DNA of 64,000 nt from the NCBI GenBank assembly GCA_043817645.1, contig JBDRGP010000029.1, positions 58,226-122,225 on the forward strand, read 5' to 3'. This document shows, in pieces, positions 52,767 through 63,600 of this stretch. The DNA comes from Candidatus Woesearchaeota archaeon. GTDB taxonomy: Archaea; Nanobdellota; Nanobdellia; SCGC-AAA011-G17; JACPIM01. The position numbers were made by a program, and so were the translations under genes. The notes under the pieces were generated by a model. The model saw only the letters and a program-made list of their open reading frames with translations. It made no database searches and had not been told where the DNA came from. Within the stretch, counting starts at the first letter, position 1; each line of letters starts with the position of its first letter.

Positions 52767-55700
52767 TTATAGCTTTAAAGAAGTAATTTTAGAAATTCCG
52801 TTTTGCTGCATTGAAACACCATAGATATAATCTGCTTCTGTTATTACATGGTCGTTGTGGGATATCATGACTACTTGAGAGGATTTTGCATATTGACAGA
52901 CTAAATTTGATAATAATTGTGAGTTTGTTTTGTCTAATGCTGCGTCTACCTCGTCTAGTAAGTAAAAAGGAGCTGGTTCATATTCTTGGATTGCGAAAAT
53001 TAAAGCTAGAGCTGTTAATGTTTTTTCTCCTCCTGATAAAGAGTGTAGGTCAAGGAATTTTGTTCCTGCTAATCTTACTCTTATGTTTATACCGCCGTCT
53101 AAAGGATTTTCCTTGTTTTCTAATTCCAGGTATGCATCACCTTTCGAGGATAAAGTTAAAAAGATTCTTTTGAAGTTTTCTGCTATTTCTTTATAGGTTT
53201 TTAAGAAAACACGCTTCTTTTTTCCTTCTATTTGAGTCATCATGCCTAAGACGTCGTCTTTTTCTTTTTGCAATGAGCCTTTTTTTGTGTTTAGTTCTTC
53301 AAATTCTTTTAATATTATCTCATAAACTTCCAGGGCTTTTAAATTAACATTTCCGATGTTTTTTAGCATTCTTTCAAAGTCAGTTATTTCTCTTTTTAGA
53401 TCTTCAGCAGATATGTTTCTTCTTAATTTTGTTCCTATATAAGGTTCATACTCTTGTTGTAGTGCTTCTAGCTCTGCAACGATTTTTGCTCTTTGCAAGG
53501 AGATTTCATTCATCTTTTTTTCAACTTCTCTTTGCTTAAAGTCCTCTTGAGATATGAAGGATTCGTATTTTCTTATTTCTTCTGTTATTTTATTTCTTTT
53601 ATTGAAAAGCGCTTTGTAGTTTTCTCTGAATTTCTGCTCTGATTTTTCTGCTTCTTTTAATTTTTGTTGTTGTAGTTTTGAGGTTTCTTTTAATGATTTT
53701 TCTTCTTCTGAGAACTTTTTGATTTCTTTATTGTGTTGTGTTATGATTTCTTGTATTTTTTCAATTTCTGGATTGTGTATGGAAGATATTTGGCTTTGGA
53801 AGTTTTTTATTTGTGTGTTGATTTGTGTTAGTGATTCTCTTTGTTGTTTGTGTTTTTCATGGAAGTCTTCAATCTTAGATTGCTTTTCAGATGGTTTTCT
53901 TTCTGCTTTTAGTCTTTCAATCTCTCTTGATAGATTTATTTCATCTGCTTGTAAAGATTTTATTCTTTTTTCTGATTGTTTAATTAAGGAGGATAATTCT
54001 GTTCTTTTGTTCTTTAATTTTGATAGGTCTGCTATTTTTGACGAGTGCTGGAGTTTTGTCATTTCTGCTTCTAAAATTGCTTTATCTTTTGATAAGGTTT
54101 GTATAGAAAGCTGTTCTTTTTGTTTGTGTGTTAATAATTCAGTTAAATCAGTTTTTAAGGTTGATATTTCGCTTTCTTTTTGTGAGATTTTAAGGTCTAT
54201 GTCTTTTTGTTCGAAAATCCCTAATGTTCTTTTTCTAAAACCGCCTATCATTGCTCCAGACGGTTCTACTAAGTCTCCATCTAAAGTAACCATTCTTACT
54301 CTTCCAATACCCACTTTTCTTGCTGTTTGCAGGTCTTCTATAACTAAAGTTGAGCCAAAGACATATGAAAAGGCTTTTTCGAATTTTTTGTCGTATTTTA
54401 TTAAGTTTTTTGCTGCGTCTATAACACCTGTGAAATTCTTTAATTGCTCCAGTTCTTTTTCTCTTGAGCTTATTTGCAGTTTATTCAAAGGCAAGAACAT
54501 GGCTATGCCTGCTTTTTTTTCTTTTAAGGTTTTAATGCAATCGCTTGCAGTTAAGTCTGTGTCTGTTATTATACTATTTATTCTTCCTGAAGCTGTCACT
54601 TCTAAGGCTGTTGAGTACTTATTGTCAACCTTTCCTAAGGCGGCTATTGTTCCGAATACTCCTTTTGTTTTTGAATTTAATATTGTGCTTATGGCTTGAT
54701 TTCCTGAGAGAGATTGGGCAATTCTTATTTTAGTTCCTTGTAATGTGGATAATTCTTCTTTTAATTGAGAGGTTTTTTGATGATTTTTTTCTATTAAAGT
54801 AGTTGTCACATTGGATCTATCTACTAGCTTTGATAGAAAATCTTCTGCTTTTTTTAATTCTAGGAATTTTTTCTTTAATAACGGAGAGGATAATTTATCC
54901 AAGGTTTCTTCTATATGCGCTAATTCTTGGGAATTTTGGTTTTTCTGGATTGTTTCACTTGAGATCTCATGTTTTATTTTGAAGAATTTATTTTGGAAGG
55001 AATCTAATCGGGATTCTAATTTTTCTAATGAAGAAATATCTTGTTTTTTTCTTAAATTTTGGATATCTGAGGTGGTTTGTTTTTCTTCTTGTTCTAGAGT
55101 TTTTGATTTTGTTTTTAATTCTTGGAGTTCTTTTTCTAAGGAGCTTATTTTTTCATGGATTTCTTTTTCATCTGTGTTTAGAGAAGAGATTCTTTGTTTT
55201 ATATGAAAAATTTCATTTGTTACTGTTTCTAGTCTCGCTGAGTCTTTTATGATTCTTTCTCTTAAAGCTTCTGTGTTTTTTTGTAGGCTGATTTGCTCTA
55301 CTTCGCCTTTTTCCTCGATTTCATTGTTTGTGTTTTCTAATTCTGATTTCTTTTGTTCTATTTTTTCTCTAAATTCTTGTATTTTTTTAACTGTAGAGCT
55401 TATGTTTGATTGGCGTTTTTTTATCTTTGATTCTATTTCATCTTTTTTGAATTCCTTATCTTTTATTTGTAAGTATAAGTGTGTTGCCTTACTTTCCTTA
55501 ATCCTTGATTCTAATTCTTTGAATTTTAAGGCTTGATCTCTCTCTTTTTTTAATTCTCTTAAATGGACTTCTCTTTCTTTTAAGATTAGGGCTGCGTCAT
55601 TTAATTTTTGTTCTACTTTTTCTAATTCTAGAAATGCTTTATGTTTTTTATCTTCGTATACTGATATTCCTGATATGTCTTCTATTAAGACCCTTCTTTC

Positions 55701-56168
55701 ATCCGGTTTCATTTCTGTAAATAATACTATGTCTCCTTGCAGGACTATGTTAAAACCGTCTGGGTTTATTCTTGCTTTTGAAAGTAGGTCTACTGCTTGC
55801 TGTCTTGTTCTTTTTTCATCATTAATTTTGTAGATTGAGTTTCCTGATTGTTTTACTACTCTTGATATTTTTACTGAGTTTGTAGCTAAAGGAAATTCTT
55901 TTTCTTTGTTTGTAAAGAAGATTGCTACTTCTGCTTCTCTCATTGGAGAGCCTTTTTTTCCTCCATTGAAAATTAAAGATGCTGCGTTTTCTGCACGCAT
56001 TTGTTTTGCTGAAGTTTTACCTAAGACGAACGTGAAAGCATCCATTATGTTTGATTTCCCAACTCCATTACTGCCTATAACTGCCGAGAATCCATTACTA
56101 AATTCTAGATCGATTTGTTTTGCAAAGGACTTAAACCCCTTAATTTGTATCTTTTCTATGTAACTCAT
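52767..56168 (-). CDS. smc: Chromosome segregation protein SMC
   Basis: 1133 aa. It has N-terminal Walker A GSNGVGKSN, long coiled coils, a hinge, a C-terminal signature LSGGEKTLTALALIFAI, and Walker B LLDEVDAALD. Confidence 0.9.
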   Translation of the reverse strand: MSYIEKIQIKGFKSFAKQIDLEFSNGFSAVIGSNGVGKSNIMDAFTFVLGKTSAKQMRAENAASLIFNGGKKGSPMREAEVAIFFTNKEKEFPLATNSVKISRVVKQSGNSIYKINDEKRTRQQAVDLLSKARINPDGFNIVLQGDIVLFTEMKPDERRVLIEDISGISVYEDKKHKAFLELEKVEQKLNDAALILKEREVHLRELKKERDQALKFKELESRIKESKATHLYLQIKDKEFKKDEIESKIKKRQSNISSTVKKIQEFREKIEQKKSELENTNNEIEEKGEVEQISLQKNTEALRERIIKDSARLETVTNEIFHIKQRISSLNTDEKEIHEKISSLEKELQELKTKSKTLEQEEKQTTSDIQNLRKKQDISSLEKLESRLDSFQNKFFKIKHEISSETIQKNQNSQELAHIEETLDKLSSPLLKKKFLELKKAEDFLSKLVDRSNVTTTLIEKNHQKTSQLKEELSTLQGTKIRIAQSLSGNQAISTILNSKTKGVFGTIAALGKVDNKYSTALEVTASGRINSIITDTDLTASDCIKTLKEKKAGIAMFLPLNKLQISSREKELEQLKNFTGVIDAAKNLIKYDKKFEKAFSYVFGSTLVIEDLQTARKVGIGRVRMVTLDGDLVEPSGAMIGGFRKRTLGIFEQKDIDLKISQKESEISTLKTDLTELLTHKQKEQLSIQTLSKDKAILEAEMTKLQHSSKIADLSKLKNKRTELSSLIKQSEKRIKSLQADEINLSREIERLKAERKPSEKQSKIEDFHEKHKQQRESLTQINTQIKNFQSQISSIHNPEIEKIQEIITQHNKEIKKFSEEEKSLKETSKLQQQKLKEAEKSEQKFRENYKALFNKRNKITEEIRKYESFISQEDFKQREVEKKMNEISLQRAKIVAELEALQQEYEPYIGTKLRRNISAEDLKREITDFERMLKNIGNVNLKALEVYEIILKEFEELNTKKGSLQKEKDDVLGMMTQIEGKKKRVFLKTYKEIAENFKRIFLTLSSKGDAYLELENKENPLDGGINIRVRLAGTKFLDLHSLSGGEKTLTALALIFAIQEYEPAPFYLLDEVDAALDKTNSQLLSNLVCQYAKSSQVVMISHNDHVITEADYIYGVSMQQNGISKITSLKL

Positions 56169-56191
56169 ATTTAAATAAGGTCAATTTTTGG

Positions 56192-56217
56192 TTTATATAG
56201 GTTTTTATAAATGAAAA
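56192..56217. promoter_or_regulatory. 26-bp promoter-containing direct repeat, copy 1 (TATA-like TTTATAAA on the minus strand, 24 nt upstream of the smc ATG)
   Basis: TTTATATAGGTTTTTATAAATGAAAA is identical to 56920-56945. The spacing to the downstream ATG is the same. Confidence 0.55.
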
Positions 56218-56245
56218 AACTACTGATTTGAGTTGTTTTATTTTT

Positions 56246-56896
56246 CTAACAAACTCTCTGGCCCAAATATATGAAATGTATTGTAAGACCTCCTCCCCAC
56301 TGCCTTACAACTTTAGGAATAGCTAATTTTGTGTTAAATCCCGCCTGATCCATCAGTCCTAAGCAGTCTTCTAAACCGAGGCGTGTGTGTATTTTATGGG
56401 CTTGTTTATCACCTAATAAACGGCGCTCTCTGAATTCACTTTTAAGTTGACCCCATCGAGAAAAGAATTCGCCAATATCCATCCCTTTCATAGCGTAATC
56501 TATTATTCTAACGTACCCGCCTACTTTAGCATAGGATGCAATTTCTCTGCTAATTGATAGTGTATCTTCATGAATAACTGCTAATCCAAGCACTACATCA
56601 AATGTTCTATTGGGTTTTTTATCTGAGTATTCTACGTGCATATGTTGTAAACCCCTATTCCTTGCTAGCCTGATTTTCTCTTTATTTCTATCATATGCCT
56701 GAACAGTACATTGCGGGAAATAAACTGCAGTTACATAAGGTGAGCTGCTGGTTCCGCAACCGAATATTAGTATAGAAGCAGGGTCCATCAAACTTCTAAT
56801 ATTCATAAAAAGACGGCCTGGGGTGGTACGATTGAAAGCGCTTCTTTGGTCTGGGGTGAGTACGCGAGTATCCAGTTGTATGGTTGGTGTATACAT
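56246..56896 (-). CDS. Class I SAM-dependent methyltransferase; GC-richer, flanked by the duplicated promoter repeat
   Basis: 216 aa. The SAM motif is ILIFGCGTSS. Confidence 0.55.
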   Translation of the reverse strand: MYTPTIQLDTRVLTPDQRSAFNRTTPGRLFMNIRSLMDPASILIFGCGTSSSPYVTAVYFPQCTVQAYDRNKEKIRLARNRGLQHMHVEYSDKKPNRTFDVVLGLAVIHEDTLSISREIASYAKVGGYVRIIDYAMKGMDIGEFFSRWGQLKSEFRERRLLGDKQAHKIHTRLGLEDCLGLMDQAGFNTKLAIPKVVRQWGGGLTIHFIYLGQRVC

Positions 56897-56919
56897 AAAT
56901 ATAAAGGATTTCTGAGGAA

Positions 56920-56945
56920 TTTATATAGGTTTTTATAAATGAAAA
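56920..56945. promoter_or_regulatory. 26-bp promoter-containing direct repeat, copy 2 (24 nt upstream of the methyltransferase ATG)
   Basis: It is identical to copy 1. The 24 nt between the repeat and the ATG are also similar in the two copies. Confidence 0.55.
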
Positions 56946-57088
56946 TTGCCCATATTCTTCGTGGTGGAAAGATTTATAAAGCCCAATTAACAAGTTGAAT
57001 AGTAGAGCATTAAAGTTGAAGAGAAAGCACTTGCATAAACATGGGCTATTTCGCTTTTTCTATTGTGGTGCTATATATGAGGTAAAAA

Positions 57089-58276
57089 ATGAATTTATTT
57101 GAAGAATTTGGCTTAAGCCATGAGTTATTAACATCAATTAAAGAATTGGGGATTACTACTCCAACTCAAATCCAAGGATTATCAATTAAGGATATAATCT
57201 CAGGAAAGGATATTATAGGAGAATCAGCTACTGGTTCTGGTAAAACACTAGCTTTTGGCTGCGGTATAGTGGAACAAATTATGCCTAAAGAGGGATTACA
57301 GGCTATGATTTTGACTCCTACAAGAGAACTTGCTGAGCAGGTTAAGGGATCATTGAGACAACTTTCGAATAAGAAAGGTTTGAATGTTACTTCTGTTTGT
57401 GGAGGGGCTGCGATAAACCCACAGGTTAAAGATTTGTTAAGGGCTGAGGTTGTAGTTGCTACTCCTGGCAGACTATTAGACCATCTTAGGAGAGGGTCTG
57501 TTAATTTATCAAAGATTAAGTTGCTTGTTTTAGATGAGGCTGATAGAATGTTTGATATGGGATTTATTGAGGATGTGGAAAAAATTATTCATGCTTGTCC
57601 TAAAAAGAGACAAACTTTATTTTTTTCTGCTACGATTTCAATGAGAGTGAGAGATCTTGCTAAAATGTACATGGTTGATCCAAAAAAAGTTTCGGCAGTG
57701 AATCAGGTTGATCCCAGTAAATTGAAACAGGTTTATTATGACTTGCAAAGGAATATGAAACTTTCTTTACTTGCACACTTATTGCAACAGGAAAAATCAG
57801 GGCTGGTTATGGTTTTTTGTAATACTAGAAGAAACACTGATTTTGTTACTAAAACTCTTAGAGCAAATAGGATTAATGCAATATCAGTTCACGGTGGTTT
57901 ATCTCAAAATAAGAGAAATCGGACTATTGAATTGTTTAATGGTGCGAAAGTGGGTGTTTTAGTTTGTACTGATGTTGCTGCCAGAGGTTTGCATATTGAT
58001 AATGTGTCTCACGTGTATAATTATGATCTTCCAAAGGATGCAAAGGACTATGTTCATAGGATAGGAAGAACAGCCAGGGCTGGTGAAGAAGGAAAGGCAG
58101 TCAGCCTTTTATGTGATTTTGACTATCCCAATTTTTCTAGGATACAAGAAGAATACCCGGGATTTGTGATTGATAAGATGGAAAGGCCTTATATTCAGAA
58201 ATTGGCAGTAATGCGGATGGATAATCAGAGAAGACCTCCTTTTAGAAGGGGTAATTCTGGGTTTAGACGTAGGTGA
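57089..58276 (+). CDS. DEAD-box ATP-dependent RNA helicase
   Basis: 395 aa. It has Q-motif, GSGKT, PTRELA, DEAD (VLDEADRM), SAT, and HRIGRTARAG. Confidence 0.85.
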   Translation: MNLFEEFGLSHELLTSIKELGITTPTQIQGLSIKDIISGKDIIGESATGSGKTLAFGCGIVEQIMPKEGLQAMILTPTRELAEQVKGSLRQLSNKKGLNVTSVCGGAAINPQVKDLLRAEVVVATPGRLLDHLRRGSVNLSKIKLLVLDEADRMFDMGFIEDVEKIIHACPKKRQTLFFSATISMRVRDLAKMYMVDPKKVSAVNQVDPSKLKQVYYDLQRNMKLSLLAHLLQQEKSGLVMVFCNTRRNTDFVTKTLRANRINAISVHGGLSQNKRNRTIELFNGAKVGVLVCTDVAARGLHIDNVSHVYNYDLPKDAKDYVHRIGRTARAGEEGKAVSLLCDFDYPNFSRIQEEYPGFVIDKMERPYIQKLAVMRMDNQRRPPFRRGNSGFRRR

Positions 58277-58500
58277 TTATTTGTTTATATTACTACTATT
58301 AGAATAATGGCCAACAGTAGTTGAGAAAGTAAATTATTTTTAATAGAAAACTAAGTTTACTCTACAAATTTATCCTTCACTATCCATTGATTTCTAAAGA
58401 AAATCTACAAAAAACCTAAATTTTTGTTACAATTTTACAGAAACAACAATAAAAAATATACCACCAACTAGAACCTTTCTATAATAAATAGAAAGAACCA

Positions 58501-60066
58501 TCACGTTGGAGGATCTTCATAAACAACACGATAAAGAATAACAGAAAACAGCTTAGCAGTAATGATAGGTTTATCACTAATTCTTCCATATACAACCAAA
58601 GAAACACAAATATTCACTAAAACCCACAAATTATACAAACACACTGAAAATAAGAAATAAAACAACCTTATCAAGTAATTCTTACTAGTAGTTCTGGCCT
58701 TAAAATCATGATCTAATTGCCTATATCCAGTTTCAATACCCCATCTTTTAGAATACCAATAATAAAGATAATGAGCTAATTGTTCTGGAACATGAAAATT
58801 AGTGATAAAGGCTCTTTGAATACCTTCCTCATCATCTACTAGAATTAGATTAACTTTGGCTTTCTCCTTCTTACCAAACTCAAAATCTTTAATTATTCTA
58901 GCTCTACAATCCAAACTTTTATCCATCCAAGCCTTAACTCTATCACTCCTTACTTTAGGCATTACAAACTTAATTCTATTGGCCTTAAGAACATTAATCA
59001 CCTTTGGCTTATCAAAACCCCTATCTAAATAAGCCTTATCAATATTTATTTTATCTTTAACTCTTTTAATTATTTTATCAACTAAGTCCTCTAAATTATC
59101 CAATTTATGCATTAATATGGCATCAATCGTAAACCTTCTTCCAGCAACCACAATAGCACATGTAATAAATTGATGAAAATGTGTTGTACCTCTATCTAAT
59201 TTCCCTTCAATTACATAATCATCGTTCTTATCACCATAATAAGGAATATTATGAATGTCTATAGCTATATCTAACTGTCTTCTTCTTAATCCTCTATAAT
59301 TTCTCTTAGCAAAGTTAAAAATAGTGTTAAATACATTATCAAACATCTCTTGTATTATTGTTTTATTACTAAATTTATTAAAGTGATATAACATAGTCCA
59401 GCCACTAGGACATTTCGATTCTGAATTTAATTCTTTAAAAGTTTCAGTACCATTATGGGCAAAATCATGTGTTTGTGCAACATGTACCAAGACATCTAAC
59501 AAATCTTTAGTAGTAAACTTACCATTATTTTTAATCTTAATATCAATTTGCGGATAAATTAATTTCTTTACTAATTTTATAGTTTCTTTTTTTATTTTTC
59601 TTTGTTCTTTAATCTCTTTATTTTTTTGATTAACTGCATTTTTTACTAATTCTAAATCTAAAATAACTCCTTTTTTAGTTGCAGTTTTAAGAATTAATTT
59701 TACTATATTATTTAATTCAAAAAATAAATCTTCATCAACTTTATTCTGGAAAAATCTATTATACCAACTTTTAGCAGGTAAAACTAATTTATTACTCTCT
59801 TTATGAAATCCTAAATGTAACGCTTCTTCCTCCGTTATTTGATCTAATGCTTTATGAAAGAACCTTATTGCTTTGATTTTCTTCCAAAGATAGAATTTCA
59901 GTAAAGATTCAGGAGAGAATTTAGATTGTCTTTGATTGATTACATTGGTAGTATTAGAGAGATCTAACTTGGATAAAATAAAAGAAACCTTAATACAACT
60001 TGTAGTATCAAGGCTTTCAAAAATTTTATTAAGTTCAGATTCCAAATAGCCAATAGAGTTTTTCAT
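58501..60066 (-). CDS. DDE transposase (IS4/ISH3-like family)
   Basis: 521 aa. It has DRGFDKPKV..., a typical DDE-IS4 C-terminal region. Confidence 0.6.
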   Translation of the reverse strand: MKNSIGYLESELNKIFESLDTTSCIKVSFILSKLDLSNTTNVINQRQSKFSPESLLKFYLWKKIKAIRFFHKALDQITEEEALHLGFHKESNKLVLPAKSWYNRFFQNKVDEDLFFELNNIVKLILKTATKKGVILDLELVKNAVNQKNKEIKEQRKIKKETIKLVKKLIYPQIDIKIKNNGKFTTKDLLDVLVHVAQTHDFAHNGTETFKELNSESKCPSGWTMLYHFNKFSNKTIIQEMFDNVFNTIFNFAKRNYRGLRRRQLDIAIDIHNIPYYGDKNDDYVIEGKLDRGTTHFHQFITCAIVVAGRRFTIDAILMHKLDNLEDLVDKIIKRVKDKINIDKAYLDRGFDKPKVINVLKANRIKFVMPKVRSDRVKAWMDKSLDCRARIIKDFEFGKKEKAKVNLILVDDEEGIQRAFITNFHVPEQLAHYLYYWYSKRWGIETGYRQLDHDFKARTTSKNYLIRLFYFLFSVCLYNLWVLVNICVSLVVYGRISDKPIITAKLFSVILYRVVYEDPPT

Positions 60067-60096
60067 TAGTCTGGGAAACTCTGTTCTAAGGGTGGG

Positions 60097-60267
60097 CTAG
60101 TACTTGCCCTTAGGACTTAATTGTAGATCAACTATCGCTTGCCACATACTTCTAAATTGCATATCCATTTCCTGATGTTCATCACAAAGCACTCTTCTTA
60201 GTATTGGATTGAACTTTCCAGGTTTTTTGCAATACTTGCAAGGCCTGTAGGTTCTAATGAGTTTCAT
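60097..60267 (-). CDS. Small zinc-finger ORF upstream of the transposase (orfA-like), not in the ORF track
   Basis: The translation is MKLIRTYRPCKYCKKPGKFNPILRRVLCDEHQEMDMQFRSMWQAIVDLQLSPKGKY (56 aa). Confidence 0.4.
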   Translation of the reverse strand: MKLIRTYRPCKYCKKPGKFNPILRRVLCDEHQEMDMQFRSMWQAIVDLQLSPKGKY

Positions 60268-60380
60268 TGAATCACCTCCTTTTCTAGTAGTATTATAGTA
60301 GTATGTAATACTTATATTTAAAGATTATTGTAATACAATAAATATATCTTTATATAATACTTTAAAGACATAATACCTTT

Positions 60381-60512
60381 ATGACAAGAAAAACCACTAG
60401 TATAAAGATAGACCCAGAGCTCTGGAAGAGGGTAAAGAAGCATTGCATAGATAGAGATATGGATATTTCTGATTTTATAGAGCAATTATTAAAGAAGAAT
60501 TTACCAAAATAG
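60381..60512 (+). CDS. Small ribbon-helix-helix (CopG-like) protein, not in the ORF track
   Basis: The translation is MTRKTTSIKIDPELWKRVKKHCIDRDMDISDFIEQLLKKNLPK (43 aa), a typical RHH strand plus two helices. Confidence 0.45.
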   Translation: MTRKTTSIKIDPELWKRVKKHCIDRDMDISDFIEQLLKKNLPK

Positions 60513-60605
60513 TCAAATGGATGCATTTAATGAAAACATTATTTATCAGTGGTAAACAAGCTATTTATATCCAATTGATTACTTATTTTTAGAAAAGGGG
60601 GGATT

Positions 60606-63600
60606 TTGATAAAAAAGAATATTCTTTTGCCGATATTCATTTTATTAATAATTATAAGTTTCTCTGCTATTGTTATCTCTCAAAAAACTTCTCTTCAAAA
60701 AGCAAATTCTATAAAGAACATAGATGATTCTGATATGCTTTATAAGTTTACACATTTAAAAGGATATAAATCTATCAGTTTTGATATCTCCTCTTCTAAG
60801 GACTTTAATATTAATAAAGTTGAAAAAATTGATACTTTTTCTGATAAAAAAGTTGGGAATATATTTAAATTGAATAATTTAGCTGTAGAAACGGAGTATA
60901 AAGAGGTAGACACAAGTTTTTTTAATACAGATACAAGACCTGTAAAGCAGACTTATATCATAAAAAATTTATTAGATAAATCTAGAGATATAAAGTTAAA
61001 TATAAAATACGAAATTGACTCTTCTACTATAACATGGAATGGTACAGAATATGAAATCACTGAAACTCCTAAACATTTTGAGGCCTTTTATGTTGAAGAT
61101 GAATTTTTTCCCGATAATGAACTTTCTCCTGAAATTGCTATTAAATCTTTAACAGGGCATACTTTATATTTTGGTAATAATTATTATGATTTTAAAGATG
61201 TAGTTGATTTGGATTATAAAGTTTTAATATATTCTAAAGAAAATAAAAATTATATTGGTTTAGAAATAAAATCCGATATTGATTCTTTAGAAGAATTTGT
61301 GATAGATCCTGAAATTGGGTGGACAACCAGGATTGTAGATAATTCAGCAAAGGGAGCAAGGGATGTGTTTGCAATAGATATGGATAATGATAATGACATA
61401 GATGTAGTTGGCGCATCTTTTGCAGGATTGGTTAATAAGATTGCCTGGTATGAAAATGATGGAAACTCTCCTCCAAGTTGGACCACTAGAAACATAAGTA
61501 CAATCATTGTTTGGAGTGAACCACGTTCAGTCTATGCAATAGACATAGATAATGATAATGACATTGATGTGTTGACTGCATCTTCTCAAGACAATAGGGT
61601 TGCCTGGTATGAAAATGATGGGGGTTCTCCTCCAAGTTGGACTACAAGAAACATAACTACTTCTGTTGATGCAGCACAGGATGTTTTTGCAATAGACATA
61701 GATAACGATAATGACATTGATGTGTTGAGTGCATCTTATTATGATAATAAGATAGCATGGTATGAGAATGATGGATCTACACCACCATCCTGGACCACTA
61801 GAAACATAACTACTTCAGCAAATGGAGCTCGCTCTGTTTTTGCAATAGATATGGATAATGACAATGATATAGATGTGTTAAGCGCTTCGGGAAGTAAGGT
61901 CGCTTGGTATGAGAATGATGGAAGTACTCCTCCTAGTTGGACTGCTAGAACTATAACTACTTCAGCAAATGCACCAAGGCGTGTGTTTGCAATAGATATG
62001 GATAATGATAATGACATAGATGTGTTAAGCGCTAATTATGATAAGATAGCTTGGTATGAGAATGATGGAAGTACTCCTCCCAGTTGGACTGCTAGAACTA
62101 TAACAACTTCAGTAGGTGCAGCAAGGGATGTGTTTGCAATAGACATAGATAATGATAAGGATATAGATGTGTTGAGTGCATCTTCTCATGATGATAAGAT
62201 AGCATGGTATGAGAATGATGGAAGTACTCCTCCCAGTTGGACTACTAGAATTATAACAACTTCAGCAGATGCAGCATATTCAGTCTATGCTATAGATATA
62301 GATAATGATGGAGATGTGGACGCTTTAAGTGCATCTACTACAGATGGTAAGATTGCTTGGTATGAAAGTCGTTTAGACCCTTCTTCTATTTATAAGTATT
62401 TGTGGGTCCCATTTGGAAATTGGAACTCTCAACAGGAATTTGAAAATGATGCTAAAAAAAGAGCAGACTTTTTCCTAGAAATTTCTCCTTTACAATCCTG
62501 TAAAAGTAAAGCACAGAATATTTATATTGATATTGACTGGGTAGAAGTTAATTGCCCCTATGTGACATCAGACATTCCTGAAAAAAAATTATTACAATTT
62601 ACAGAAAAGTGCGCAAAGGCTTATATATTAGACACTGGTATAGGACCTTATGAAAAAGCAATAAGCTTTTCTAAAGATGATTTTTGTGATAGTTGTGCTG
62701 GAAAGGCTACTCTAGGTGGAAAATATGCTTATGCTGAAACTGAGTGGAGTGGGGTTGAGCATCTAGAAATCGCCGCACACGAATTAGGGCATACTTATTT
62801 TGTATGTGATGAATATAAATATCTTGGAACTTCAGGATGGTCTAATGAGAATAATGAGTTGTTATTAAAGCACGGGTTTGGTTGCCCGAATCCTTGGACT
62901 GATACATATGATGAGTATAATGAAACACACTCTAACCATCCATGTTTAGAGGATGATAGTGGAAGATGTATTCGCGAGGGAAAATGTTGTGGTGCCTTTA
63001 ATGACCCAATTAGCCATTACGATGGAATTTATTCTGCTGCTGGCAATGATTGTACTGATGAGACTACCTATAATGTTGTTGGGTGGGGTGGCACAGAGAG
63101 AAGATGTGGATATAGTACCGATTCTTACAACAAATTAGCAGAATTTTTAACTTGTTCAGATAATCTACGATCCAACGGAAATGGAAATATCACAAATGTT
63201 TCATATTTAGGTTTGCTATTTAATATAACTAATCCAACACAGGAAAATGTCACTTTGGGTGACAGCTTTGTTCATAGAGGATTGTTGCCTAAGAAATTAG
63301 GCGTCAATGATAGTCTTTATGAACTAAAGATCACTAATGCCAATAATCAAACTATAGATTCAGATCCATTACCAGTATTCTACTTTGAACTAGTGCAATA
63401 TGACAATGCAACTATAAATGTAAGCGATGATAAAAATGAAAGTTTTATTGTTAGTGAGTTAGAATACACATCAAATTGGGAAATGTTGCAGGTTTATAAA
63501 AACGATTCTTTAATTTATGAAGTCAATATTTCTCATTTATTATGCAATGAAAATGATATTTGTGATGAAAAAGAGAACTTCTTTAGCTGTCCACAAGATT

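Larger units (their letters stand above)
58440..60300. mobile_element. IS4-like insertion sequence (orfA + transposase); ends not resolved
   Basis: Gene content. Only a weak TACTACTAT-containing terminal similarity could be seen by eye. Confidence 0.4.

Noticed and set aside
53719-55536. Several 60-330-aa ORFs on the plus strand inside smc (53719..54699, 54811..55206, 55028..55252, 55249..55536 and others)
   Set aside because: They are low-complexity Phe/Ser/Leu/Cys-rich translations of the antisense strand of a well-supported SMC gene, and have no independent start or stop context.
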